A stretch of DNA of 64,000 bases from Hypanus sabinus (GCF_030144855.1 NC_082708.1:147932001-147996000); one strand, 5' to 3'; shown: positions 25,102-38,591, numbered from the stretch's first letter. The notes: generated by a model not told the origin, from the letters alone. A program made the numbers and translations.

Positions 25102-26789
25102 ATACAGAGCCCCAAGGATGATCAGGAGTCCAAAAGTCAAGGCCCACTGGATAGAGCCTGCTGAGCAAGTCAATGCCCCATGTCTGTGTCTATTGAAGGA
25201 TGGATGCTGGAAGCCTGTCCTGTCCTGGAGTTAAAGGACCATGTATGGGGGAAAGAAGGAATGGGGCTTGTTTTTTCTGTTGTTTGATATTTGTGTCTAT
25301 ATTGTTTTGCTGAGCATTGTGGTCATGCCCACGTGTGGCAAAACTTGTAGGCTGTCCCCTGCCCTTTGTCGTGTGTGTATCAGTTGTTAAAGCAAATAGC
25401 ACATTTCACTGAACATTTCAATGTACACAATGATAAATAAATTTATATCTTAAATTGAGAAAGCCAGAAATCAAGAATCTGGTAGATAAAGTGAGACAGG
25501 ACAAAGTGAACCCATTTCACTTTACATGGCATTCTTGCTACAGTAGTATGGAAACGAACACCAGTGTAAGAAAGCACCATTTCCTCTGAATAGACTCCAA
25601 TCTGAACAATGGTTGGCCATCTCACTGGTATGCACCTGATTCCCAGAATCCATCCCATTCCTAAATGTTGTGTAGTTACTATTTCAGTAATATTGTAAGT
25701 TTATTGTTTGGTTAAGCATTTTTAGTTTAAATAATTAATTATGCGGTATATGTAAAAGTATGTAAATGACATAAGTCATCATGCCTCCACATCATATGTG
25801 TGTAACTAGCGTAAACAAGTTATTCCTGACTCCACGTTTTCTTTCAATTAATTCTATGTTTTGGAGTTACAGAACTTAACAGTGATAATGACAAAGTTTT
25901 AAATGAACCCAAGATGATTACTTACTTGTGGAAGTGAAGTGAGACAATCAAGTTTTAAAAAAGCACAGTGAGAAGCAGTTGAAAGAAAAAAATGAGCACA
26001 GCATGTACTTCATCAAGAGGTGGCTGGGTTAAAAAAAAGACAAATTCATGGGTTCATAAACAGTAAGTACCGGGTGATAATAATCATAAATAATAAAAGA
26101 GCAGAAATGGCTGGCTACACTGGAAAGATTGATGCACTCAAATGCACCACAGATAACTGGATTTTGTATATGGAATGATTTGAGTGGTATTTTGAAGCAA
26201 ATAGAATAGCCAATGAAAAGGATAGCCAATAAAGAGGATTCAAAAGGAAGAAAAGCATACATGGCTGAATTGAAACAATTGTGTGAGCATTTCAGTTCAA
26301 TAATAGGCTTAATGATTCACTGAAATATTGTTCAGTTTGTGGAATCTTGGAAGAAAGCATTAAAAAGTGGCTCCTAATTGAATCACAGCTTACATTTAAA
26401 AGAGGAATTGAAATAGCTGTACAAATGGAAACAGCAACCAAAGTGCAATTGACTTGCAGTCAGGAATGAAAGTGAGCATGGACGAAAGTACAGCATGTAG
26501 ATGAAAGCCTGTCTGGCCAAACAAATTGTGTTACCATTGTGGCAGGGACTCTTATACACTGGACCAATGCAGATTTAAAGGCAAAACTTGCAGAAAATGA
26601 AACAAAGTAGGACAAATACAAAGAGCATGGCAGTCAGATAAAAATAAATGGACTGCACTGGGTAGAGAACAGGACAAAAATTCAAGTTGCAGTTTCATGT
26701 TTTTGAAGAAAAATCTGATAATGATGATAGTGATGCAGGACTACGTAGCCTTGAGATTTACAATGTGAAGACTAACAACAGACAAGCAA

Positions 26790-29700
26790 CTTGGCTTACA
26801 CTAGAATTAGCAATAAAATAATTAAAATGAAATTGGACACTGGCTTGGCTGTTCCAACCATTCCACAAATTGAGTTTGAATGGCATTTCAAAGATACTGA
26901 ACCGAAGTCCGCAGATATCCAAGAAGTTATACTGCAGAAAAGATAATTTCTATGGGGATGACATTTGTAACCAGTAAGATATAACAACCAAAAAGCCATA
27001 TTGGACTTGTATGGTTCAAAAAGAAGAGGACCAGCTTTTGGGGCCGTAATTGGCTGCAACAATTATAACTTGATTGGAGAACTATTCACTATTTGCATGC
27101 CACATCCTCTGCAATAGAGTTAATGAAAAGTGAATTAAGCAAAGTACTTGATGACGCCACAGAAGTGTTCAAGTATGGCATTGGAAACCCCAAACATATC
27201 AAGGGTAATATAATGGTAAGTAAAAATGCCTCACCTATCTCTTGCAAAGCCCATCTGGTTCCTTATACCTTCTGTGATAAAGTAGCCAGTGAGCTAGATC
27301 ACATGGAGACTCAAGGAATTCTTTCCAAGGTTGAGTGGAGTCCATGGGCAGCATCGGTAGTCACAGTAGCTAAGAAGAATGGGTCTGCCAAGATTTGTGG
27401 TGATTTTAAGGTTACCATCAATCAAGTGCTGAAAGTAGATCAATACCCTCTGCTCAGGATAGAAGATATCTTTGCAAACCCTTCTGGAAGGAAACTCTTC
27501 AGCAAAGTGGACTTAGCTGAGACCTACCTACAGATGGAGATGGAAGAAGAGTCCAAAGTGTTTCTCACCATAAACATTCACAAAGGGCTTTATCACTATA
27601 ATAGGCTTATTTTTGGAGTGGCAGCTGCTCTTGCACTCTGACGGAAAGCTATGGACCAGGTGCTGGAAGGCTGTCCAGGCACTCAGTGATACCTTGATGA
27701 CATCATTGTTACCAGTGAGGATGACAAGGAATATCTCCAAAATCTCAGGATGGTGTTAGAAACATTACAAGATTATGGGCTCAGAATACAATGCATCAAG
27801 TGTGATTCTTTAAACAAATCATCACTTCCTGTGGTCACACCATTGATGCACAAGTATTACACAAGTGAGCTGAGAAAATTCAAGCAGTGGTGGATGCCTC
27901 AAGGGCAAAGGATGTGTCACATTTACAATTCTGTTTTAGGATCTGTCAATTAATATAACAAGTTCCTGCCAAACCTGGCTACTGTGCTCCAACCCTTGAA
28001 CTCACTATACAGATCAGGAAGAAATGGCATGGACAAAGCAGTGTGAGGTGCATTTCCAAAAGACAAAGGAAATGGTGATATTAGACATTGTACTCACACA
28101 TTATGATTCACATTGTGCAGTGAAGTTTGCCTATGATGCTTTGCGTTATGGTGTAGGTGCAGTCATGTCACATTTTATGAGTGATGGAAGTGAATGCCTC
28201 TAGCCTTTGCATCACGTTCTCCTTCCACTGTGAGAAAAATTATGCACTGATTGACAGAGAAGCTTTGAGTCTGGGGTTGGGGTGTAAAACTTTATAACCA
28301 GTACTTGCATGGGAGAGAGTTTACCCTCATTCCTGATCATCAACCACCTTTTCCAGCCCACTGAAGGGTATTCCATTAACAGCAGCAGCAAAAATGCAGA
28401 CATGGGCTCTGTTTCTTGGCTGACACAATTATAAGATCAAATTCAAGAGGACCACTAATCAAAGAAATGCTTAGAAACGGAAACACCAAAAAAAATTACA
28501 AAAAGAGGACACTCTACTTGATATATTCTCCCTAATACAAATCAACATTGTTTATTTATTATTAATTTATAGAAATACAGCACAGAATAGGCCCTTCCAG
28601 CCCTTTAAGCCAGACCACCCAGCAACCCCCGAGTTAACTTTAGCTTCATCATGGGACAATTTACAATGACCAATTAACCTTTCAGCCAGTATGTCTTTGG
28701 GCTTTAGAAGGAAAGTGGAGCACCCAGAAACACATGCAGTCCTGGGGAGAATGTACAAACTCCTTACAGACAGAGGCAGGAATTGCACCTGGGTCACTGG
28801 TACCGTAAAGTGTTGTGCTAACCACTATGCTACTGAAAATATCTTTATTATGACAGAGATGATCCAAAGGGAAAGTGGAAAAGACCCCACACTGTCTCAA
28901 ATCTACGTGGCAATTCAAAATGGCTGGAATATGCAGCAGAAACTCTACATCCCTCTTTTTCTCTGGCACCAGGATGAACTTGTTCTTGACAGAGGTTGCT
29001 TATGTCGGGTTTCAGAGTTGTTGCACCATCCAAGCTGAGAGGTAAAATGTTGGAGAAGCTACATTACAGTCATCTAGGTGTGGTCAAAATGAATCTTTGT
29101 CTGTTAGCCTGGGATAGATCAGAATTTCCAATAATTTGCCATGCACTGTTTGGGATGCCAACATGTACAGAAGATGCCAAGAGCAGCACCTCTCCAACCC
29201 TGGGAATATCCTATATTGTCCTGGTGGACGATTCAAGTGAATTTTGCTGGACCATCATGGGCACAAATTTCTTAGTAGTAGTGAATGCAGCTACAAAGCA
29301 TCCTGAGGTGCTCCCAATAACCTCTACTACAGCCTCGCATACTGTTGATATGTTGAGAAGCCTCTTCTCAAGGACTGGTGATCCAGAACGCTTTGTCAGT
29401 GACAATAGACGGCATTTTCTTGTGAAACAGCTTCAGTCATTCCTAAAAGTGAATGGAATAAGATATAATACATCTGCACTGAACCACCCAGCTACACTTA
29501 CATGATGGAAATGTCTGTTCAGAGTCTACAGAACGCATTGCGAGCAACGTCAACAGAACACACTACAATGACACTGAATCAGAAGCTTTCCAATTCTCTC
29601 CTTGCATATCACAATGCAGCACACTCCACAACCATCAACTCACCAGCCATACTGTTCACGCGCTGTCCCTTGTGCTCACATTTGGATCTCCTCAAATCCA

Positions 29701-29790
29701 AACTTAGAAAGGAGTATACAGGACAAACAGCTGAGAGAAATTGAGGGCTCCCCAAACATGGACGTTCGATGATTGGTGCCTGGATAAGCA
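26790..29790 (+). pseudogene. Gypsy pol remnant (PR-RT-RH-IN)
   Basis: MKLDTG; WSPWAASVVTVAKKNGSAKICGDFKVTINQVLKVDQYPL; YLDD; LHYSHLGVVKM; PERFVSDN; many stops. Confidence 0.9.
28548..28832 (-). mobile_element. HE1/V-SINE inserted in Gypsy pol
   Basis: tRNA-like head, V-domain (CTGTCTGTAAGGAGTTTGTACATTCTCCCC...CCAAAGAC), CR1-like tail with TAAA repeats. Confidence 0.85.
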
Positions 29791-29793
29791 GTC

Positions 29794-30160
29794 TCTAATG
29801 TTGAATCAGGTTTGCGGGTCTGGCAAGTGAGACAGAATACACGGACAGTAAATAAGTATAGTACTCATTAGTTACAAACAGTAAAAAATGAGCTAACATT
29901 CATGTTCCTCAAGTTACAAGAACTACAATGCTGAATATTCAACAAACATACTTACGCAGAGCATACCTTTCCAATGGATATGTACACCTCTTAAACAAAG
30001 GAAGAGAGAGCAAGACTCATCCATGTGTTATTTTATACCCAGGATATTTGACACTGGACACCAGGCAGCAAAATAATGGAAAAAGCAGCTTCAGTTTCTT
30101 AACTATCCAATCATGACAGTGGCTTTTGACAATCAGAATAAGCTCTGCACCCCACAGACA
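29794..30160 (-). repeat. ERV 3' LTR
   Basis: Paralogous to 33045-33449; preceded on the minus strand by the purine tract AAGAGGTGAAG. Confidence 0.9.
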
Positions 30161-30234
30161 CTTCACCTCTTGAAAGTTGTGAACATGATGATCCAACCCT
30201 CAGTCTAGTATGACTCTTGGGAACTCTCAACTAA

Positions 30235-30785
30235 ACATCATATCAAATACAAAAGCACAATACCCAGAACTGTAAGCCCAATAGTCACCCCCCCCCCCCC
30301 CCCCGTATACTACTGTAGTCCACCAGTTCCCTATCCCCCACAGAGGCCTGTAGACCCATCCCGGAATGTAATAGCTAATGAGCTGGTCATCCACTTTATC
30401 TTTTGCACTGACGCTTGACCAATAATAGTACTAGTGCCACCTTCCTTTGTGAACAGGTAATCTAAAGTCATTGAAATCAGCTCTTGGGACTGTCTGGCCA
30501 TACTGTGCTGAGAAAGGCCACCATTCAAATCCTCCCTTCCTTTGTAATAGCCCTCTTACCAATGTGCTCATGGACAATGTGCTCATCCAGAGCACTGGGG
30601 TTACATTCGTATGGCACCACTGATCAGCTGCACCACCCTGTGGGAGCCATGGGTAGGCCTAGGAACTGCATATCCAGTAAGTGTCATTCAACATCCAGCA
30701 AGTACCCACCTTCATAGCAGCTTTGGCATAGACACAGCCATCCCACAACACTATTCTTGTTCACATTTACCATCCACTTTGCATT
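30235..30785 (-). pseudogene. env: Retroviral env remnant (SU C-terminus, cleavage site, ISD-like motif, TM anchor)
   Basis: LNDTYWICSS*AYPWLPQG; GKR/AIT; TLDYLFTKEGGTSTIIG; WGIGNWW...VTIGLTVLGIVLLYLI. Confidence 0.8.
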
Positions 30786-32643
30786 AATTGATTGAATTTT
30801 TTGAGGATGTGATTAAACACGTTGATGAAGGTAGAGCGGTCGATGTAGCTTATATGGATTTTAGCAGGGCATTTGATGAGGTACCCCATGCAAGGCTTAT
30901 TGTGAAAGTAAGGAGGCATGGGATCCAATGGGACATTGCTTTGTGGATCTAGAACTGGCTTGCCCACAGAAGGTTGTAGACGGGTCATATTTTGTATGGA
31001 GGCCGGTGACCGGCAATGTGCCTCAGGGATCTGTTCCAGGACCCCTACTTTTTGTGATTTTTTATAAGTGACCTGGATGAGGAAGTGGAGGGATGGGTTA
31101 GCAAATTTGCTGATGACACAAAGGTTGGGGGTGTTGTGGATAGTGTGGAGGGCTGTCAGATGTTACAGTGGGATATTGCTAGGATGCAAAGCTGTGGTGA
31201 GAAGTGGCAGATGGGGTTCAACCCAGGTAAGTGTGAGGTGGCTCATTTTGGTAACTCAAATATGATGGCAGAATATAATATTAATGGTAAGATTCTTGGC
31301 AGTGTGGAGGATCAGAGGGATCTTGGGGTCCGAGTCCATAGGATGCCCAAAGCAACTGTGCAGGTTGACTCTGTGGTTAAGAGAGCATGCAGTGTATTGG
31401 CCTTCATCAACCGTGGAATTGAGCTGTGCGAGGGAGCAGAAGCGAGGCAAGCGGGCAGGAGTCCGTGCCAGGTAAAAAGCAATCCCTAGCCAGCCGACCC
31501 TCCCATCCATTCTGCTCTCCAATGTCTGCTTGCTGAGGGAATCGGGCCTGCAGTCCTCGGAGTCGCCTGATGCCGGTGGCCGGTTGGGGACGTAGTAAGC
31601 GATGTGCGAGGAAGCGGAAGCGAGGCGAGCGGACAGGAGTCCGTACCAGGTAAAAAGCAATCCCGAGCCAGCTGGCTCTCCTGTCCATTCTGCTGTCCAA
31701 TGGACATTAAATTGAACTACATCTGTGGCAACGAAATACTCGGCAGGAGTACAGAAACGGACAGAATCCCGGATGCTGCCATTCAGCTGTTTATTTATGT
31801 AACAGATTTTCCCTCAAGCCATCGGACTACCAACCCTCCAACCTCTGCTGTGCCTATTGTCTTGTTTATTATTTATTGTAATGCCTGCACTGTTCTGTGT
31901 TACCTTATGCAGTCCTGGGTAGGTCTGTAGTCTAGTGTAGTTTTTGTGTTGGTTTACCTAGTTCATTGTAGTTTTTGTATTGTTCATGTAGCACCATGGT
32001 CCTGAAAAACATTGTCTCGTTTTTACTGTGTACTGTACCAGCAGTTATGGTCAAAATGACAATAAAAAGTGACTTGGCTTGAAGAGCCGAGAGGTAATGT
32101 TGCAGCTATATAGGACACTGGTCAGACCCCACTTGGAGTACTGTGCTCAGTTCTGGTCGCCTCACTACAGGAATGACGTGGAAACTATAGAAAGGGTGCA
32201 GAGGAGATTTACAAGGATGTTGTCTTGATTGGGGAGCTTGTATTATGAGAATAGTTTGAGTGAACTCAACAATTTTTCCTTGAAGCGACAAAGGATGAGA
32301 GGTGACCTGTTAGAGGTGTACAAGATGATGGATAGTCAGGGGCTTTTCCCCAGGGCTGAAATGTCTAGCATGAAAGGGCATAATTTTAAGGTGCTTGGAA
32401 GTAGGTACAGAGGAGATGTCAGGGGTAAGTTTTTTACGCATGGAATAGGCTGTCAGTGGTAGTGGTGGAGGCGGAAACTACAGGGTCTTTTAAGAGACTC
32501 CTGGATGGATACATGGAGCTTAGAAAAATAGAAGGCTATGGGTTAGCCTAAGTAGTTCTAAGGTAAGGACATGTTTGACATAGCGTTGTGGGCAAAAGGG
32601 CCTGTATTGTGCTGTAGGTTTTCTATGTTTCTATGTTTTTATG
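30786..32643 (+). mobile_element. CR1 3' half inserted in the ERV
   Basis: YMDFSRAFD, SKFADDTKVGG, LVRPHLEYCAQFW; (TTTCTATG)n tail. Confidence 0.9.
31424..32082 (+). mobile_element. Non-autonomous Rex1/Babar deletion derivative inserted in CR1
   Basis: KRGKRAGVRAR...PSILLSNV head, duplicated with ~178-bp period; tail AATAAAAAGTGACTTGGCTTGA; interrupts the CR1 GIE/KSREV codons. Confidence 0.75.
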
Positions 32644-33023
32644 AGTCTGAACCATCAGCAATGATCCTCTCAGAGTAACACAGTGCTGGCTGAGATTTCT
32701 AATTCGTTCTTAAGACTTGCTATCATTTTATACTGGCATCTTACAATCACTGCAAACAGCTAGAATGCACCCTGCCAGCTATCTTTTAACCTGGGAAATC
32801 CCAACAATTTAAGTTTCGAATCAATATGGCGTTCCATTTCAAACCCAGCGAAATCTAACTCGTTTGACCAATATACCAGCATTCCATAACCCATCAGTAG
32901 GTTAGCAAAACTTCAAAGTCCTCACTATTATCTGTCTACTCTGGGATTCTGCACCTCTCAAAAAGGGGAGTCCTCTCTTTTAAATAACCTTTCAAAGAAA
33001 TGAATGCCTGCTCAAATAGCCAG

Positions 33024-33041
33024 ATCCTACTTGCAACACCA
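33024..33041 (-). promoter_or_regulatory. ERV primer-binding site, best match tRNA-Leu
   Basis: TGGTGTTGCAAGTAGGAT, 3 nt from the LTR; 14/18 to TGGTGTCAGAAGTGGGAT. Confidence 0.55.
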
Positions 33042-33044
33042 AAA

Positions 33045-33449
33045 TATAATGTTGAATCAGGTTTGCAGGTCTGGCAAGTGAGACAGAAAACACTGATTGC
33101 AAATAAATATATTAATCATTTATTTACAAACAGTAAACATTCAACCAAGCATTCACGTTCCCCAAGTTACAGAAACTACAAAGCTGAATATTCAACATAC
33201 ATTGAATGAACATACATAATGAAAAGTGAGTGCAGAGCATACCTTCCCAATGGTCATGTGCACCTCTTGCCTTAAACAAAGGAAGAGAGAACAAACCTCT
33301 ATCATGTGCTATTTTATACCTGGGATATTTGAAACTGGACACCAGGCAGCTAACCAATGGGAAAAGCAGCTGCAGTTTCTAAACTAACCAATCATGACAA
33401 GGCAACTTTCGACAATCAGAATAAGCCATGACCCCAACCCCCACCGACA
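33045..33449 (-). repeat. ERV 5' LTR
   Basis: Paralogous to 29794-30160; minus strand starts TGTC. Confidence 0.9.
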
Positions 33450-34374
33450 CAGTCCTGGCGAGGAACTACAGAGGTGATCAAAAGAGGGCTACTGGATAAG
33501 ATTAAGGACAGAATGGACCACTCTCCTACACAGTGGAGATTATGTCTGATATCAACTGGAGATGACACACCGATCAGTTGGGGAGAGCAGACTCAATTGT
33601 TAGAGAAGAAAATTGTCCAGAACTGTCAGAACCACTTCCTCCAGTCCCAGAGTAAACTCCTACAACCAGAACCTGAGATTTTTTTATAGCCTCACCTGCC
33701 AGGTAAAGTGACCAACCACTCCTTGTAGGAAGAACGTTATCACACAGGAGTAAGAATCCTCCACAGTGATTAGATCTTTGGGCCTAAATGGGACAATTTA
33801 AAATTTATGATGCTGTTGGTACCTATATAAGTGGTTCCATTATATGGTATACAGTAATATTTGAGTAATATTATAATATATTGTTTGATTAAGCATTACT
33901 ATTTGTTTAAATGATGTATTACAGGTTAATATGTAAAAGTATGTGAATAGCATACAAGATCATCTAGCACGTCATATGCGCATTCCTTGCTAAAAGTAAA
34001 AATGAAACTAGAGTAGACACGTTGTTCTAGGCTCCATGTTTTCTTTCAACTAGTTTATGTTTTGGAGTTACAAAACGTAACATTGAAACCACTGAGTTTT
34101 CCTCCACCAGTCAGCATGAAGGAAAGCCTACAGTTCCCTTGGTTGCTTCAAACTTTGCAATGATACACACACGACCAGATAGTCATTGGAATATTGCACA
34201 TAAATCATTTCGCACACAGTTCACAAAGCAAAGGAATTTCTGAACTATTATTGCAACAACTTCACCCTTACTTCAGTTGTTACACAACAGGAGGAAAATG
34301 TATGTATTACAGTACACCAAAATTATAGTTGCAACCCCCACCCCAATTATTTTTCAGAGAGGAATTTATAATGA

Positions 34375-35529
34375 TTGAGAAGTGGCAGAACTTGGGCCTC
34401 TGTCCCTCCCTCTGCAATTGGTTCCTCAACTTCCTAACCGGAAGACCACAATCTGTGCAGATTGATGAGAACATATCCTCCTCACTGACAATCAGCACTG
34501 GCGCATCTCAGGGATGTGTGCTTAGCCCACTGCTCTACTCTCTATATATGCGACTGTGTGACCAGGCACAGCTCAAATACCATCCCTAAATTCGCTGACA
34601 GTACAACCATTGTTGGTAGAATCTCAGGTGGCAACGAGAGGGCACACAGGAGTGAGTTATGCCAACTAATGGAATGGGCTGCAGCAACAACCTGGCACTA
34701 AACGTAAGACGAAAAAGCTGATTGTGGACTTCAGGAAGGGTAAGACAAAGGAACATATACCAATCCTCACAGAAGGATCAGAAGTGGAGAGAGTGAGCAG
34801 CTTCAAGTTCCTGGGTGGCAAGATCTCTGAGGATCTAACCTGGTCCCAACATATAGATGTAATGATAAAGAAAGCAAGACACTGACTTTATTTCATTAGG
34901 AGTTTGAAGAGATTTGGTATGTCAACAAATACACTCAAAAACTTCTATAGATGTACAGTGGAGAGCATTCTTACAGGCTGCATCACTGTGTTATTGTGGG
35001 GGCATGGGGGGGGGGGGGTGTGCTACTGAACAGGACCGAAAGAAGCTTCAGAGGGTTGAAAATCTAGTCAGCTTGATCTTGGGTACTAGCCTACTAAGTA
35101 CCCAGGATATCTTCAAGGAGCAGTGTCTCAGAAAGGCACCGTCTATTATTAAAGATCTCCAGCACCCAGGGGATGCCCTTTTCTCACTGTTACCAACAGG
35201 TAGGAGGTACAGAAGCCTGAAGGCACACACTCAGTGATTCAGGAACAGCTTTTTGTCCTCTGCCATCCAATTCCTAAATGGACATTGAACCCTTGAACAC
35301 TACCTCACTTTTTAAAAAATATACTGTATTTCTGATGTTTGCACGTCTTTTCATCTATTCAAGATCCATATACAGCAATTGATTTACTTATTTATTATTT
35401 TAAAATTTTATTTATTACTTTTTTCTGTCTTCTATATTATGTATTGCATTGAACTGCTGCTGCTAAGTTAACAAATTTCATGTCACATGCCGGTGATAAT
35501 AAACCTGATTCTGATTCTGATTCTGATTG
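34375..35529 (+). mobile_element. Rex1/Babar LINE 3' portion
   Basis: PQSV...[30 protein letters not shown]; (TTCTGA)n tail. Confidence 0.9.
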
Positions 35530-36149
35530 AAAGTACAGAAATAAGGACTGCTTTGTTATTTTATTAGTCCTAATGTCCAGTGCAAACTCTATTTTTTTCC
35601 TAAAAGTAAGCACTGACTTGACAGCCCATGTGTAATTTCATCAGTTACTTTACAGATCATGTCCCTTCAGTCATTTTTTGTTGGTATAATTAGTTACCCA
35701 ATAAAAGATAATTTTTAAATCTATTCATTCTTCGTTGTGAGGTCTCCAGAGGTCATCAGAGTGCAGAAGGCCATACTGACATCAAAAAAGATTAAAAATC
35801 ACTGTGAAGTTACAGTGACTTTACTTTCTCCTGATGAAGCCTAATTTAAAGTAACAGTCTGCTTAAAAAAATGAGCCAAATGTCATTTGCAGTGATTTTC
35901 CACAATCGAATTTAATAAACCATCAGGACTAGCAGTGTGAGAGAGGTCTGTCTGTAAGCACTTTTAGAATCGTGTGAAGACATTAAAATCTGATTCATAA
36001 TTGGATTGATCTCAAGACTGCTGACTCTGTTAAGAAATATCTATTGCACAGCATTCATTCTATAATGCTAAAGAAAAGCCAACAAATCAATGAAGGATAA
36101 GCATTCCAGGGTCTGAAAAACCTTTATCATTGTGGTCACACACAACAGC

Positions 36150-36645
36150 TGTAGGTCTGCATTTCTGGTCTCTTGGTCATTTCTAGGAAGAATGTGATAG
36201 CTCTGGAGAGGGTGCAGAGGAGAGTTACCAGGAAATTGTCTAAGTTGTAACATTTCTGTTATAAGGATATACTTCACTGGGCTTGTTATCTCTGGGCTGA
36301 AGACTGATCTGATAGAGGAATATACAATTGTAAATAAGATAGCTACAGAAGATAGTAAAAATCCTTTTCCTTGGTAGGCCTACCTGAAATAAAATACGGT
36401 AGGTGAGGTGAAAGGTAGGAGGTTTAAAGGAACTACAAGGGGACTGCTTTTAAAATAGGGCGTGGGTGGAGTGTGGAGGTATTAGAGACAGGTACTCTCA
36501 CAACATTCTAGAAGCATCTGAACAGACACTTGAGACATAGAAAACCGCAGACCAAATCTTGGTAAATGGGACTACTATACAATCAATGGCATGGAAACAT
36601 TGGGCCAATGGTCTAGTTTCTGTGCTGTACAACTTTATGACTTTA
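36150..36645 (+). mobile_element. Old CR1 3' fragment
   Basis: ALERVQRR remnant and diverged 3' UTR. Confidence 0.6.
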
Positions 36646-38591
36646 TTCAGAGTATCAATTTTTCATTGATAGTCTTTCATTGATCCTATTGAATTTCTTT
36701 GTTCCATTGTGAATGCCTGCAAAAGAAAGGATCTCAGTATCATATATGGCAACATGTACATAGTTTGATAATAAAATTAATTTGTACTTTGAACTATGGT
36801 AATACTAATCATATGGCCAAAGTATGAAAATAACACAGAAAAGACAATGGCATCAGGGTTAAGAAGTAAATCTGACAGAAATGTGAAATTAAAATTAGTA
36901 TTCCAGTTACTGGTGTTCAGAGGGAAACGTGAAACTAAATTACAGATATCCATGTGCTGTAAGCAAAAAACATTAATGTTTCATTGATGAAGCTTCAGGA
37001 TATTTCAGATGCTGTAATATAGAGCAAAACAAAAAACTACTGGATGAATTTAATGGATCAGGCAGCATCAATATGGGAAAACAGACAGGTTAGCAGTCTA
37101 AAAAATAGGGTGATAGTTTGAGGTTTATCCACTACCCACAGCTCCCAGGTCAGTTTCAGTAGCTTCTGAAACTGGAATCGGGAATCAGATATAGGACTCG
37201 GTAGTCACTACACTGCCCCCTCCCTCAGAAATTTATGGCAAAATTCTTGATTAAAGATCAATACTTAGTTAGATTTAAATATGCTACTCAGCAACTTTAG
37301 CATCCAGCATTAAAGGATTTATGACTCGCACTAAGTGATTCACATTCTTCCAGGCATTCTACACCATTATCTGTAGAAAGTTTCAAAATCTTATTTTCAT
37401 TTTGCTTTTGATTTTGTAACCAGGGTCAATAAAACATCACAAAACCTCAGTAAATTTATTTTTAGTGACATGTACTTTGTCACCACAGGTAGGAAATTAT
37501 AGCCAAGGGCAGTCTGTTGTTAGGACTGATCTGTGATTGGCAAAATATATTGAAAGCTTTACTTCTCTCATGTTTAGATGACAGCTTCAAAGGATTCCCA
37601 GGGAAATCATCTTTACTCCCAACATCTCCAGTGTCAGATTCACCTTATGCTTTTATGTTTGCTGGGAGTTCTCTTGAAATTTAATTACCTGCCACTGCCA
37701 ATTCTGCATAATTCTTGTCTGACGTTGTTCCCTTTTAGCTATCTAAACTCTAAGACTGAAATAAGCATACATAGGGAGGAATAAAAGTTGAATTATAGTT
37801 ATTAAGTCACAGGACTAAAACAGCTCAGAAGGAATCCAATATGCCCAACAAGTCTGAGCTGGCAGTAAGCAGTCACATTCAGCCTCTCTTACTCCATGCT
37901 GCTCTCTCATGTATATACCCAGTATTCATATGATGGTGCTAATCATATCTGTATGTGCTATCCTTCTCTAGAAACATTAATTGGTGCAGAATGAACAATC
38001 CCCACCAAGCGAATATAGACTGGTTCTCATGGGGACGGATAAGTCCCACATCAATGTGACAGAGACAAGAGAGACACATTATTATAGAAAAGTTAAAGGG
38101 AGTTTTGCTTTGCATCATTCTGAGTGGTTGCAGCTGGCAATGGATCAACATTTAATTGTTTATTTTGCCTTAGCGTTTATACTCCTGATAATGTATCAGA
38201 CCACATTCAACATCTAATTGGACCCCACTATACTTTCTCAGTAAGTGACAAGCATGGTTAGTGTTTGATTCTCAGATGAATAATGAGCCAACCAAATGAG
38301 CATGAATGAAATTAAATAGCTTTCCACTGCAGCCTCTTACTTGAAGCTTGAGACATCCAATAACCATCTGCTTATTGGAGTATACTTACATGGACAGATT
38401 ATCACTACATATACTAGAACAGCAGACTGGTTCAGTCAATAAGTATTAATTGGCATTCAAGAAAGCAGGTTAGCTGTGGCATGCTGTCTTTCAGACTTGT
38501 AACAATCAAAATCTACATCTCGTGTCAAACAGAAATAGATTACCCACCAACAATGTGTACACTGGTTTTAATAGGAGCATTCATCATCTTT

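Larger units (their letters stand above)
24290..25450 (+). mobile_element. Non-autonomous Rex1-tailed element carrying a minisatellite and a solo LTR
   Basis: AAGATGGTGCC head; 3' region ending GATAAATAAATTTATATCTT; no coding capacity. Confidence 0.45.
29794..33449 (-). mobile_element. Endogenous retrovirus-like provirus, internally deleted (LTR - gag-like start - env - LTR)
   Basis: Direct LTRs 29794-30160 and 33045-33449; 5-bp TSD CAGTC (29789-29793 / 33450-33454); PBS and polypurine tract on the minus strand; env motifs. Confidence 0.85.
25666..34082 (+). mobile_element. Full-length degenerate Gypsy copy B with nested SINE, ERV, CR1 and Rex1-derived insertions
   Basis: LTRs 25666-25881 and ~33840-34082; order gag, PR, RT, RH, IN; flanks CTAAA/TTGAA may be a decayed 5-bp TSD. 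Confidence 0.9.

Noticed and set aside
37578-38217. Candidate exon after TTTACTTCTCTCATGTTTAG and nearby short ORFs
   Set aside because: No recognisable protein similarity and no convincing donor site.
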